Numbered from the stretch's first letter, positions 1 through 10,100 are shown. The stretch is 64,000 bases of DNA from Candidatus Latescibacterota bacterium (GCA_965205485.1 OZ242180.1:2368001-2432000), one strand, 5' to 3'. Translations and numbers: made by a program. Notes: a model not told the origin generated them from the letters alone.

Positions 1-1
1 C

Positions 2-739
2 CAGAACGTGGGTCTGACGCCCGCCGGCGTCACCTCGCCGGGGGGATTCGGCAATCCGCTCGACTTCTACGCGCGGTGCGCCGAAGCCGCGTGCCGCCGG
101 GTCACCGGCAATCCGACGCCGTATCTGTTCAAACGCGTGTCCAGCGGCGCGGTGGAGACCCCCGTCTGGTATGCGGACCGCGACGCCGGCACCGCCATGG
201 GCGAAATCATCGCCGGGACGGGCGACTGGACGGGGTCGTGGACGGGATACGGAGAGGTCAACGCCGACAAGTACATCACGGCCGACCTTCAGGGCGGGCG
301 ACTGCCGGCCCTCATCGACGCGGGAGATCCCGCCGTCCTCATCAGCCACTGGCAGGGCTTCTACGGACTTCACGACGCCGACCGCCGGGGTTTCAACGCC
401 TTCAAGACCGTCGTCCGCCGGCTGAAGGAACGCGATCCGGCCGGAGAACGCACCAGGTGGCGCAAATGCAGCGAGATTACCACCTACGCCATCATGCGGG
501 AGATGGCAGAACTCGCCGTAAGGGACAACTCCGTCACGCTGGACCTGCCCGTGCGCATGCCGGAATTGACACTGCGCTTCACGGGCAGGGATATCCATTC
601 CGTGTCCGTAGACGGAATTCCGCTTGCGCGCGCGCGCACGAGGGCGGCATTCGAAGACCGGACCTTCTACGGTGAGAACGGCACAACCTACGTCGCTCTG
701 GATCCACAGCGCCGTACGACCACCGTTGTCGTCCGGTAG
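2..739 (+). CDS. Hypothetical protein, C-terminal part (runs off the left edge); possibly deacetylase/glycoside-hydrolase-like
   Basis: Frame open from the window edge, protein-like composition, TAG stop at 737-739, next gene follows closely. Confidence 0.6.
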   Translation, partial: QNVGLTPAGVTSPGGFGNPLDFYARCAEAACRRVTGNPTPYLFKRVSSGAVETPVWYADRDAGTAMGEIIAGTGDWTGSWTGYGEVNADKYITADLQGGRLPALIDAGDPAVLISHWQGFYGLHDADRRGFNAFKTVVRRLKERDPAGERTRWRKCSEITTYAIMREMAELAVRDNSVTLDLPVRMPELTLRFTGRDIHSVSVDGIPLARARTRAAFEDRTFYGENGTTYVALDPQRRTTTVVVR

Positions 740-755
740 AACGGGAATCAGCACC

Positions 756-1214
756 ATGAAACTTTGCGACGCATTGGCCGGCGACCGTATTGCACTCAAC
801 CTGACCAGTTCCGATCGGGACGGCGCCATCCGCGAGCTGATCGAAATGATCGGCCGGTCGGTCCGCCTGCCCGACCCCAACGCGCTGCTCGGCCTCATCC
901 TGGAACAGGAAGCCATCAAGACCAGCGGCGTGGACCAGCACGTGGCGATACCCCACGCCCGGTCGGACGACGTCGAAGGCGTGGTCGCGGCGTTGGGCGT
1001 ATCCGGGGAAGGCATCGATTTTCAGAGCCTGGACGGGCAACCCGTACACCTGATCTTCCTGATTCTTTCCTCCGAAATATCGATGCCGGCGTACATGAGC
1101 GTTCTGAGCCGCACCGCCCGCATTTTCGACCGCGAGGAGATCCGGCGGCAGGTCCTTGCAGCCGCGTCTCCCGATGAAATTATGGAGATCATCCGCGCAC
1201 AGGAGCCTTTTTAA
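756..1214 (+). CDS. PTS IIA (PtsN/fructose-type) domain protein
   Basis: ATG at 756; motifs TSGVDQHVAIPHAR (phospho-His) and GIDFQSLDGQPVHLIFLI. Confidence 0.9.
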   Translation: MKLCDALAGDRIALNLTSSDRDGAIRELIEMIGRSVRLPDPNALLGLILEQEAIKTSGVDQHVAIPHARSDDVEGVVAALGVSGEGIDFQSLDGQPVHLIFLILSSEISMPAYMSVLSRTARIFDREEIRRQVLAAASPDEIMEIIRAQEPF

Positions 1215-1355
1215 GACAACTTCTAACCTTGATTCGTAAAGTTTTCGTGGACGTTAATTCGAATATGTGCTAGTAAATAAAGGCGATTAGAAGGCGGATT
1301 ACCAGGATACTTTAGGTCACTGGACATGTTCGGGACCTCTCCCCCGGCCCCTCGG

Positions 1356-1574
1356 ATGCGGGTAGACGTGAGACGGTAGACGGCCCTATCAGCTGGGCCT
1401 CATCGCCGGGTGAACACACGGCCACAACAGATGCCTGCGCACGCACCGCTTTTGATCGCGGAGCACGGGAGATTTCCTGCCTTGTGGAGTTTCTTCTCCT
1501 GCCGGAGGCAAGAAGGAAATAGAGTAGCGGGCAAGGGTTTCTTCTACCGTCTTCCCTCTACCCTCTACCCGCAT
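1356..1574 (+). promoter_or_regulatory. Candidate structured cis-regulatory leader upstream of the antiporter operon
   Basis: ATGCGGGTAGA (1356-1366) is complementary to TCTACCCGCAT (1564-1574); AGACGGTAGA (1371-1380) is complementary to TCTACCGTCT (1543-1552). Confidence 0.35.
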
Positions 1575-1654
1575 TCAGGCTCTTTGTGGCCAATCTGACT
1601 GTTGTCTTTTTTCAAATTGGGGCTAAGGCCCACCCCTGGCGGAATAACTTCGAC

Positions 1655-1990
1655 ATGCATCTGCTCTTTATCACACTCTACCGCGAGGACCTGCTCGACG
1701 AGGTCCTCTCCGGCCTCGTTGAGATGGAAATCACGGGCGCGACGGTCCTGGATGGAACCCCTATGGAGCGGATCCTCTCCGAGGACGTGCCCATCTTTGC
1801 CGGGTTGCTCCCGTCCGGGTCCGGTCGTTCCAGCGTGATCGTCGCACCCGTGAAGGACCGGTCTCTTCTCGACCCGCTCATCCGGCTCTTCCATGAAACC
1901 GGTGTTGACTTCACGCGGCCCGGCGTCGGGAGACTCTTTCTGTTGCCCGTCGACTTCTGCCTCGGACCGGAGGGCGGAGAACCGCCATGA
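1655..1990 (+). CDS. P-II-like small protein associated with cation/H+ antiporters
   Basis: ATG 1655; LDEVLSGLVEMEITGATVLDG...PIFAGL...GVGRLFLLPV pattern; ATGA overlap with next gene. Confidence 0.7.
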   Translation: MHLLFITLYREDLLDEVLSGLVEMEITGATVLDGTPMERILSEDVPIFAGLLPSGSGRSSVIVAPVKDRSLLDPLIRLFHETGVDFTRPGVGRLFLLPVDFCLGPEGGEPP

Positions 1991-3174
1991 AACTGGTCTT
2001 CGCCGCCATCCTGATCGTTGTTATCGCCTTCGTCGGCTCCCGCTTCAGTTTCGTCCATATCCGCCTGCCCCTCGGTGTCAGAAACCTCTTTCTCACCGGT
2101 ATCGAGTACCTCCTGGTCGGCTTTCTTCTCGGCAGCGCCGTGCTCGATCTGCTGGACACGGCGACCCTCGACGGCCTCTATCCGTTTGTGGGCATGGGCC
2201 TCTCGTGGATCGGCATGCTCTTCGGCGTTCAGTGGGAGTTTAGACGGCTGAGTCATATTCCCGGACGGGTCTTCGGCGTTGCGCTTGTCCAGAGCCTGAT
2301 CACCATTGTGGTTGTGGCCGTCCCCTTCCTGCTGCTCTTTCAGAGGCTCTATTCTCACGAAACGGAACTGCTGGTGATCGGCGCCGTCACGCTGGCGGCA
2401 GCGGCGTCGGGCACGGCGTCCAGCGGCCTCTCGCTGTTTTCCCGAAACACGCCGTCTCCGGCGCGGCCCCTCATGCGGCTTCTCACGAACGTCTCGAATA
2501 TGGACGACCTGGTCGGCCTTACCGCGTTCGGTCTCATTTCGTGCCTGGCCGTATTGCACGCCGGCGAGCCCACGTTCTTATGGATCGGCGTCTCGGTGGG
2601 GCTCGGCCTTACCGTCGGTCTACTGATTGTCGCCCTCACCGCGTACCGCCTCAAGGACGACGAAATGCTGCTGGTGGTCATGGGCGCCATAACCTTTTCG
2701 GGCGGGCTTGCGCTGTATCTCAGCCTGTCCCCTCTCCTGGTCAACCTCATCGCGGGCACCGTTGTCGCGAACCTGGCAAGAGGTCGGGCGAGGAGGGGCA
2801 TTCGCAGCGTGCTCCTGAGGGGCGAACACTCCATCTACATCATCTTTCTCATCCTGGTGGGCGCCGGGTGGCGTATCGAATCGGTCTGGCTTCTGGCTCT
2901 CGTGCCCGTCTACGTCCTCGTACGCACCCTTGGCAAGTCCCTTGGCGGCTTCGTTTCGGTACGCCTGTTTCTGCCCGGTTCAGGAACGCTGGGCGGTCTG
3001 GGGCTCGGTCTGCTTTCCCACGGCGGCATGGCGGTGGCCATCGTTGTCAACCTGCACCAGATCCACCGCTCAGAGGTGACGGACGCCGTGATTACCGTCG
3101 TGCTGCTGGGCATCATCGTCAGCGAACTCATCGCTCCGGCCTCGACGCGACGACTGCTTGGTAGAGTACAATGA
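1987..3174 (+). CDS. Cation:proton antiporter (CPA2/Na_H_Exchanger family)
   Basis: Many hydrophobic helices; SNMDDLVG and LSPLLVNLIAG motifs. Confidence 0.8.
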   Translation: MKLVFAAILIVVIAFVGSRFSFVHIRLPLGVRNLFLTGIEYLLVGFLLGSAVLDLLDTATLDGLYPFVGMGLSWIGMLFGVQWEFRRLSHIPGRVFGVALVQSLITIVVVAVPFLLLFQRLYSHETELLVIGAVTLAAAASGTASSGLSLFSRNTPSPARPLMRLLTNVSNMDDLVGLTAFGLISCLAVLHAGEPTFLWIGVSVGLGLTVGLLIVALTAYRLKDDEMLLVVMGAITFSGGLALYLSLSPLLVNLIAGTVVANLARGRARRGIRSVLLRGEHSIYIIFLILVGAGWRIESVWLLALVPVYVLVRTLGKSLGGFVSVRLFLPGSGTLGGLGLGLLSHGGMAVAIVVNLHQIHRSEVTDAVITVVLLGIIVSELIAPASTRRLLGRVQ

Positions 3175-4484
3175 GGCTGATTATCGTTTTTGTCGCCCTG
3201 AGTCTGCTCATGGCGTGGGCAGGAGCAACACCGCCCGGAGACGCGCCCGGCGCCTACACAACGCTGGTTGTCGGTCTGCTCCTGCTTTCCGGTTACGCGG
3301 CGGGCCACGTCCTCGCCCGGCTGCGCCTCCCGCGGATCACCGGATACCTCTGCGTCGGCATGCTCACGGGACCCTACCTGATGGGCTTCCTGACCGGAGA
3401 AGCCGTGGGTCAACTCGGGTTTCTGAACGAACTGGCCGTGACGTTCATCGCACTGGCGGCGGGCGGCGAGTTGAGGATGGCCGAACTGAGGGAGCGGATG
3501 AGCGTCATCCTGCACTCTATCCTCTCCCAGACCACCATCGTCTTCATCATCGTCACCACATTCGTGTTTCTTGCAGCACCGCTGCTGCCGTTCACCGCAT
3601 CCTTTTCGAATCTCCAACTGCTGACGGTGGGCACGCTCTTCGGCGTGCTCGCCGTGGCGCGGTCGCCTTCCAGCGCCATCGCCATTGTAAACGAGACACG
3701 TGCGACGGGCCCGTTCACCGAAACCGCGCTCGGCGTCACCGTGGCGCTGGACGTCTTCGTGATCGTGCTGTTCGGCGCAGCGATTTCGTTCTGCGAGGTG
3801 GCGATGTCTCCCGCCGCCGCGATGGACCTGGGGTTCATTGCCGGCCTGAGCGTGGAAGTCCTGCTGGGCATCGGTGCGGGTCTGGGCGTGGGGCTGGCGC
3901 TGGGTTTCTATATTGACCGGGTCCGGGCGAACCTTCCGCTGCTGTTGCTGGGTACGGCCCTTCTGGTGACCAGCATCTCGCACGGGTTCGCCACGTATAT
4001 CAAAGAGGCGTACGGCCTCAGTATCCACCTCGAGCCCCTGCTGATCTGCGTTACCGCCGGATTCACCGTGCAGAACGTCTCCCGTCAGGGTTCCCGCTTC
4101 ATAGAAGCGATTGAATCGGTCGGTCTTCCAGTGTACGTTTTGTTCTTTACGCTGGCGGGAGCGGGACTGAACCTGGACGCCCTGATGCAGACGTGGACCG
4201 TCGCGATTCTGCTCGTTGGCGTGAGGGCCGGCGCCATCTGCCTGAGCGCGTACGCCGGGGGGCGCCTTGGCGGCGACCCTCCCCGCTTCAACCGCATCGC
4301 GGGTCTGGCCTATCTCACGCAGGCCGGCGTCAGCCTGGGACTGGCTCTGGAGGTGACACGGCGGTTTCCAGGCTGGGGTGACGCCTTCATGACGGTGATC
4401 GTCGCCGTAATAGCGGTCAATCAGATGATTGGTCCCATCGCGATGAAACAGGCGCTGATACGCGCCGGAGAAACCAGGAAATAA
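3171..4484 (+). CDS. Cation:proton antiporter (CPA2 family)
   Basis: LPRITGYL, IALAAGGEL, ARSPSSAIAIVNE, QAGVSLGLA and NQMIGP motifs. Confidence 0.85.
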   Translation: MRLIIVFVALSLLMAWAGATPPGDAPGAYTTLVVGLLLLSGYAAGHVLARLRLPRITGYLCVGMLTGPYLMGFLTGEAVGQLGFLNELAVTFIALAAGGELRMAELRERMSVILHSILSQTTIVFIIVTTFVFLAAPLLPFTASFSNLQLLTVGTLFGVLAVARSPSSAIAIVNETRATGPFTETALGVTVALDVFVIVLFGAAISFCEVAMSPAAAMDLGFIAGLSVEVLLGIGAGLGVGLALGFYIDRVRANLPLLLLGTALLVTSISHGFATYIKEAYGLSIHLEPLLICVTAGFTVQNVSRQGSRFIEAIESVGLPVYVLFFTLAGAGLNLDALMQTWTVAILLVGVRAGAICLSAYAGGRLGGDPPRFNRIAGLAYLTQAGVSLGLALEVTRRFPGWGDAFMTVIVAVIAVNQMIGPIAMKQALIRAGETRK

Positions 4485-4718
4485 ACCACCTGAAATGGCA
4501 ATAAACAGTCGTAGACAGGAAATGTAGAGGTTGCGGAAATTAAAAGACCGCATATCTTTCAGGTGTAAGCGTATCATTTTGAGACACTCTTAATAGCGTG
4601 CGGTTAATTGGAATGGCAGCCGGTTCCCCGACCTTTCCAACCCCTGTAGAGAACGCGGGACTCAGGCGGTTCCCGGTTGCAATTCGATCCGTTCGCCAAC
4701 TGAAAGGGGAACTTCCCG

Positions 4719-6275
4719 ATGTCTGCCGCGGGAGCGCCCCCCCAATCACATGATGGCGCGCAGTACCGCCGGCTGTTCGGCCTGGATATCCACCTGACCC
4801 CGGTGTTCGTAATCTCCAGCATTACCATCGTCGCGTTCGTCCTGGGCTCGCTTGTCTTCCGGGAAGCCGCGACCGGGGTATTCAAGGACACCCGCGTCTG
4901 GCTTACCACGAATCTCGACTGGTTCTTTATGATCGCGGCGAACGTCGTCGTGATCTTCTGTCTCTACATCGCCTTATCGCCGCTGGGGCGGGTCCGTCTG
5001 GGAGGCGCGGACGCAAAGCCGGAATACACGAATGCGACCTGGCTTGCGATGCTCTTTGCGGCCGGCGTGGGAATCGGTCTGCTGTTCTTCGGCGTGGCGG
5101 AACCGGTCTACTATCTAAAGAACCCCCCGCTGGGTATCGCCCCGGGAACGGAAGCGGCCGCCATCGCCGGCATTGCCGCCACGACGTTTCACTGGGGACT
5201 GCACGGCTGGGCGATCTACGGCGTCGTCGGTCTGGCGCTGGGGTACTTCGCGTACAACCGCGGACTGCCGCTGACAATCCGATCCGCGTTCCATACCATG
5301 TTTGGCGACCGCATCTGGGGCTGGCCGGGGCACGTCATCGACACCTTCGCGATATTCGCGGGGCTGTTCGGGGTGGCGACGTCCCTCGGGCTGGGGGTCC
5401 AGCAGGTGACGTCCGGCTTCAACTACCTGTTCGACGTCCCGGTCAGCGGCACGACGATGGTGGCCCTGATCGTCGTGATCACCGCCGTCGCCCTGACGTC
5501 GGTGCTGACGGGTATCGACGTGGGCATCAAACGTCTGAGCCAGTTCAACGTGATCCTCGCGCTCCTGTTACTGCTTGCCGTGATCCTGCTCGGCCCCACC
5601 GCCTACGCGCTTCGGAGCATCGTGGCAGGGTTCGGCGAGTATCTGGCCCGGATTGTGCCGCTGAGCAACTGGATGGGACGCGAGGATACCGGATTCGTAC
5701 GCGACTGGACCACGTTCTATTGGGCATGGTGGTTCGCCTGGGCCCCGTTCGTGGGTACGTTCATCGCCCGGATTTCCCGGGGGCGCACGGTCCGCGAGTT
5801 CGTCGTCTTCGTACTCCTGATGCCCACAATCCTGTGCCTGCTGTGGTTTGGCGCGTTCGGCGGCACCGCCTTCCACCAGCACCTCGTGGAGGGATATACC
5901 GGGGTTACCGGCAACGTCGAAGCCTGGAAGCTTGAAATCGCACTGTTCAAAATGCTTGACAGATTGCCCGCTCCCGCGGTGCTCTCGTGTGTCGCGATGT
6001 TGTTGACGATCGTGTTTTTCGTGACGTCGTCGGACTCCGCGTCGCTGATTATCGATACGATTGCGGCAGGCGGCAGGATCGACGCCCCGGTGGCGCAGCG
6101 TGTCTTCTGGTGCACGATCGAGGGACTGGTCGCGATCGCCCTCTTGCTGGGCGGCGGACTTGAGGCGCTTCAGGCCGCTTCGCTCGCCACCGGCTTCCCG
6201 TTCGCCGTCGTTCTACTTGGAATGGCGTTCTGCGTCTGGAAAGGGCTGCGCGCTGAAATACGGGAGTCGACATGA
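4719..6275 (+). CDS. BCCT family betaine/carnitine/choline transporter
   Basis: WLAMLFAAGVGIGLLFFGVAEP, FHWGLHGWAIY, WTTFYWAWWFAWAPFVGTFIARISRGRT, FFVTSSDSAS. Confidence 0.95.
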   Translation: MSAAGAPPQSHDGAQYRRLFGLDIHLTPVFVISSITIVAFVLGSLVFREAATGVFKDTRVWLTTNLDWFFMIAANVVVIFCLYIALSPLGRVRLGGADAKPEYTNATWLAMLFAAGVGIGLLFFGVAEPVYYLKNPPLGIAPGTEAAAIAGIAATTFHWGLHGWAIYGVVGLALGYFAYNRGLPLTIRSAFHTMFGDRIWGWPGHVIDTFAIFAGLFGVATSLGLGVQQVTSGFNYLFDVPVSGTTMVALIVVITAVALTSVLTGIDVGIKRLSQFNVILALLLLLAVILLGPTAYALRSIVAGFGEYLARIVPLSNWMGREDTGFVRDWTTFYWAWWFAWAPFVGTFIARISRGRTVREFVVFVLLMPTILCLLWFGAFGGTAFHQHLVEGYTGVTGNVEAWKLEIALFKMLDRLPAPAVLSCVAMLLTIVFFVTSSDSASLIIDTIAAGGRIDAPVAQRVFWCTIEGLVAIALLLGGGLEALQAASLATGFPFAVVLLGMAFCVWKGLRAEIREST

Positions 6276-6374
6276 AGTGGAACGCACGTTCACAGGGTCC
6301 GGAACCCAGGGACACGGCCGGGCGGATGTACCGGCTATCCAGCAAGCCTTTATAGCACAAGGCGAGGAGGCGTC

Positions 6375-9300
6375 ATGTGGTTCAGAGGTACGTATCTTTC
6401 GTTACTGGCAGGCGCTGCCATTCTTCTTTCCGCGCACGGGGTCGGAGCGCAGTCGACCGGCGCCGTGACCGGGACCGTCGTCGACGCCGAGACCGGAGAT
6501 CCGCTGGAAGGCGTTAACGTGACCATTGCCGCGCTGAACCTGGTCGAGGAGTCGGACGCGGCAGGACGCTTTACCATCCGGGACGTACCGGCGGGCACAC
6601 ACCAGCTCAGCGTGCAGCTGATCGGCTATACGGGCGAGCCGCGCACGATCACGGTCACCGCCGGCGCGACCCTTACCGTTGCGTTGAGTATGGACCTGTC
6701 GCTGCTATACATGGACGAACTCGTGGTGACCGGCACGGCCTTCAAGGAATCCCCCATCAACCAGACGTACGCGGTTGTGGCGGTCGGACGCGAGGAGATG
6801 GCGGAGCAGGGGTCTCCGCAGGCCGTCGACTTTTTCAAGAATCTCGGCGCGAGCCACGGCGTGATCGGGGAGCGCAGCAGCTGGTACAATTCAGGCCAGG
6901 CCGCCACACTCACCGAAAGCATCGCAAACGTCAACCTCCGGGGCCTGGGGGCGTCGCGCACCCTCGTGCTGATCAACAGCCGGCGACAGACTTACGTCCC
7001 GGCGCGACTGATCGGGGGCCGCTTTGTCGATGTCAACGTGATCCCCTCGATTGCCATCGAAAGGGTGGAAGTGCTCAAGGAAGGGGCTTCCGCCATATAC
7101 GGGTCGGATGCGGTTGGGGGCGTGGCCAACTTCCTCACGCGCCGGAACTTTGAGGGCTTCGAGGTTTCCGCCGCGCACGAGTACTTCCCGGGCGCGGGCG
7201 ATACCAACGCCGGCGCGATATGGGGCGGGAAACTCGGAGAAGCCCACGCGGTCGTCTCCGCCGAATGGAGGGGACGCCAGGCCTTGCCGTCCTGGGAAAG
7301 GGACTATCTGCTGCAGCCATGGCACGGCGGCGGGCAGCGCCTGGGGTGGTCGAGCCTGGGCAATCCCGGCACCTTCGCCATCGGGGCGCCGGCCCCATGG
7401 ACCGCCGCCATTCACGCCCCACGGTGCGAGGAATTCGGCGGCTTCCGGGAGTCCTGGACATGCCGGTTCCGATATCAGCAATATGAGAATCTGATCGAAG
7501 ATATGAGTCATATGCGCGCTTTTGCCGAGATCAACGGGAAGCTGGATAACGGTGCGGAGTATCACGTCGAAGGTCTGTGGGCGCAGGCCACGATTGCCGA
7601 TTGGTACACGACGCCTTCGTATCCGCCGTTTCCCCTCACGGACACGAGTATCATGGAGGTCGCGCCGGACCACCCGGGCCGGGGGGCATTCTGCGAGGAC
7701 TTCGGCGCGGACCCATCCGATCCATACTACGAGGCATGTCAGGGAGGCGAGAACTGGTACTTCAACGGACGTCCGTTCGGAAACTCGGGTCCGGGGCGAA
7801 CGCTGGACCGTGACTCTCGCACGTTGCGGCTGGCGGCTTCCATAAATGGAGACTTCGATGGATTCGGCGATCGGAAGAACCAATTTGACCTGGGTCTGTC
7901 CTATTCCCGGACCGAGGGCAACTACAACCTGCCCGGCGTGTACATCGAAAGGCTTTTCCTCGGCTTCCGGGGCTACGGAGGGCCGCGCTGCGGCGTTGGC
8001 GTGGTGGCGGATCGATCGTCGCTGGCCGGAATGCGCCTCGGCCCCCTGAGCGGTCAGGTGGCAGGGCAGGGTGACTGCCAGTATTACAATCCCTTCGGCA
8101 ATGCCATCGAGTTCACGGACCAATACGGGTCGGCGTACGCAACCCGGGCGAATCCCACCTACCGAGCCGCGCTTGCCAACAGCGAGGCGCTTCGACTCTG
8201 GCTCAACCAGGAAGTGGACATGCACAGTACGGCTGACATGCTGGTCGCCGACGCGACGCTGACCGGGACCTGGGTCGAGGACGTCGCCAGTTACGCGGCG
8301 GGCTACCAGTTCCGGCTTTTCAATGCCAGCGGGGACCCCAACGACGAGGGCGACGTCACCATCAACCCCTGTCCGGTCGTGGGCGACAGGAACTGCTCGG
8401 CGGAGGACCGATTCGGTCCCTATGCGTTCACCAATGTGCATCGCCCTTACGATGAATCCCAAACGGTGCATCGCTTCTTCGCGGAAACGCCTCTGAGCCT
8501 GGGCGAGTCGTTCGACGTACAGCTCGCGGCCAACTACGAGTTCCACGACGTGGCGAGCAGCTTCGATCCCAAGTTCGGGTGGCGCTATCAACTGATGGAA
8601 TCGCCGGACCAGTCCCTGTTCCTGCGCGGTTCTGTTCAGACGACGTTCCGCACGCCGGCGCTGGACGACGTGAATGAGAGCCCGCTCTCGACCCTCGAGT
8701 GGATCAACGAGACGGGCGCGTATCAAACGGTGGACAGAATCGGGAGCAAGGACCTCAAACCCGAACGGGCATTCACCTTTAACGCGGGCCTTGCCCTGGT
8801 CACCGAGACGGGCTTCGAGGCGACACTGGACTACTGGAGTTACGATTTCAGCGACGTGATCGGTTCCATGCCCCACGGCGCCATTACCGCCTTATACGCC
8901 GACGAAGCAAATAAGAACGCCCTGAAGCAATTCATCGTGTGTCCGGACGGAATCGGTACCGGAACCTGCGCGGCCTCGGAACTCGAGCGGGTGCAGGTGG
9001 ATATCGTCAATTGGCCGGGGCTCAAGACCTCGGGAATCGATCTGCATCTGGGTACGCGGGTGCCGCAGGGAGCAGGACTGTTCACAGCAGGCCTCGAAGG
9101 CACCTATACGCTGGCGTACGAGACAAAGGCGCTGATGCTGGGCAACCTGGTGCTGCTGGAGGATGCGGACGCCGCCGGTTACCTGAACTTCGGCAATCCC
9201 ATCGCGACGTCGCTTCCCAAGTTCAAGGGCCGGATTTCGGGGAGCTATTACTGGCAGGATTACAGTCTCGCGACCTATCTGAACTACATCTCGTCTTACG

Positions 9301-9551
9301 AGGACCGCGGGTCGATGGGCTCCGACAATTCGAAGATCAAGAGTATTTTCGGTACCATCGAATCGTATGTAACTTGGGACATGACGTTCCTGTGGAACAT
9401 GCCGAACGGGTTGAACATCGCTCTATCCGGCATGAATCTGCTCGACGCCATGCCTCCTCTCGTGAATATCGAGCAGGCCTACGACGGTTTCACCCACGAT
9501 CCCAAGGGCCGGCGGTTGAAGCTGGCCGTAACCTGGCGTCTCGGGCGATAG
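6375..9551 (+). CDS. TonB-dependent receptor with N-terminal carboxypeptidase-regulatory-like domain
   Basis: GAGGAGG RBS, signal peptide, DELVVTG box, plug motifs NLRGLGASRTLVLIN and IERVEVLKEGASAIYGSDAVGGVANF. Confidence 0.93.
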   Translation: MWFRGTYLSLLAGAAILLSAHGVGAQSTGAVTGTVVDAETGDPLEGVNVTIAALNLVEESDAAGRFTIRDVPAGTHQLSVQLIGYTGEPRTITVTAGATLTVALSMDLSLLYMDELVVTGTAFKESPINQTYAVVAVGREEMAEQGSPQAVDFFKNLGASHGVIGERSSWYNSGQAATLTESIANVNLRGLGASRTLVLINSRRQTYVPARLIGGRFVDVNVIPSIAIERVEVLKEGASAIYGSDAVGGVANFLTRRNFEGFEVSAAHEYFPGAGDTNAGAIWGGKLGEAHAVVSAEWRGRQALPSWERDYLLQPWHGGGQRLGWSSLGNPGTFAIGAPAPWTAAIHAPRCEEFGGFRESWTCRFRYQQYENLIEDMSHMRAFAEINGKLDNGAEYHVEGLWAQATIADWYTTPSYPPFPLTDTSIMEVAPDHPGRGAFCEDFGADPSDPYYEACQGGENWYFNGRPFGNSGPGRTLDRDSRTLRLAASINGDFDGFGDRKNQFDLGLSYSRTEGNYNLPGVYIERLFLGFRGYGGPRCGVGVVADRSSLAGMRLGPLSGQVAGQGDCQYYNPFGNAIEFTDQYGSAYATRANPTYRAALANSEALRLWLNQEVDMHSTADMLVADATLTGTWVEDVASYAAGYQFRLFNASGDPNDEGDVTINPCPVVGDRNCSAEDRFGPYAFTNVHRPYDESQTVHRFFAETPLSLGESFDVQLAANYEFHDVASSFDPKFGWRYQLMESPDQSLFLRGSVQTTFRTPALDDVNESPLSTLEWINETGAYQTVDRIGSKDLKPERAFTFNAGLALVTETGFEATLDYWSYDFSDVIGSMPHGAITALYADEANKNALKQFIVCPDGIGTGTCAASELERVQVDIVNWPGLKTSGIDLHLGTRVPQGAGLFTAGLEGTYTLAYETKALMLGNLVLLEDADAAGYLNFGNPIATSLPKFKGRISGSYYWQDYSLATYLNYISSYEDRGSMGSDNSKIKSIFGTIESYVTWDMTFLWNMPNGLNIALSGMNLLDAMPPLVNIEQAYDGFTHDPKGRRLKLAVTWRLGR

Positions 9552-9780
9552 CTCGAAGCGTGTGTCGGCAGGACGGTGGTGAGGAGTGGGCGTTTTGGAA
9601 GAAGGGTCCGAAGCGAGGCGGGTTTTTGGATTCCAGTTATGCGAATTTTCATGAAAAAATCATCAAAAGCAATATAATCATTGCCATTTTGTCATAACAA
9701 GTTGCTGATATAGTCTCTAACGGAGACGAGCCGGCGCATCCAGGCCGGCAATATTGAACGGACGATTGCAGTACGGCGAG

Positions 9781-9810
9781 AGACCACCCGCGTGAGGGGT
9801 GGTCTTTTTT
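9781..9810 (+). terminator. Rho-independent terminator
   Basis: AGACCACCC/GGGTGGTCT stem followed by a T run. Confidence 0.8.
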
Positions 9811-9876
9811 GTTTTGGAGTTTGGGGTTGGTCAGGTCGATCAACCGAACGGCCGGGGAGTGGACTCGAAATCTTTA

Positions 9877-9905
9877 TTGACATCGTCAAACGATATACCT
9901 AAAAT
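9877..9905 (+). promoter_or_regulatory. sigma70 promoter of the NHLP transporter operon
   Basis: TTGACA (9877-9882), 17 bp spacer, TAAAAT (9900-9905). Confidence 0.7.
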
Positions 9906-9923
9906 TCGCTCGCATCAAATGGA

Positions 9924-9950
9924 ATCACGAAAAAATCATATTTTTCTTAC
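9924..9950 (+). promoter_or_regulatory. Putative operator, copy 1 (shared with the precursor promoter)
   Basis: ATCACGAAAAAATCATATTTTTCTTAC, near-identical to 16582-16607. Confidence 0.55.
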
Positions 9951-10100
9951 GTGTCGAGAAAATAGTTCACATATGCGTAATCCGGTCGCCGGTCTCGCGG
10001 TCCCGATGCAGACCGGCAATTTGACGGCGCGAACCTGCCTTGCAAGTTGCCAAAGATCAGATTATAACGCCGCACGCCTGATTTCCCGACCCTCTCGAAT

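Noticed and set aside
1410..1598. 62-aa ORF in the antiporter leader
   Set aside because: No clear RBS or family resemblance; better explained as non-coding leader sequence
4610..4635. c-di-GMP-I riboswitch upstream of BCCT (ATGGCAGCCGGTTCCCCGA resembles its 3' end)
   Set aside because: The 5' GGCAAA/GAAA/GACGCAAA elements are absent
6891..8876. Long antisense ORFs (e.g. 6891-8876, 2910-4577, 13528-14796, 26305-27711, 53845-55152)
   Set aside because: Shadow ORFs opposite well-supported genes in GC-rich DNA, with no recognisable motifs
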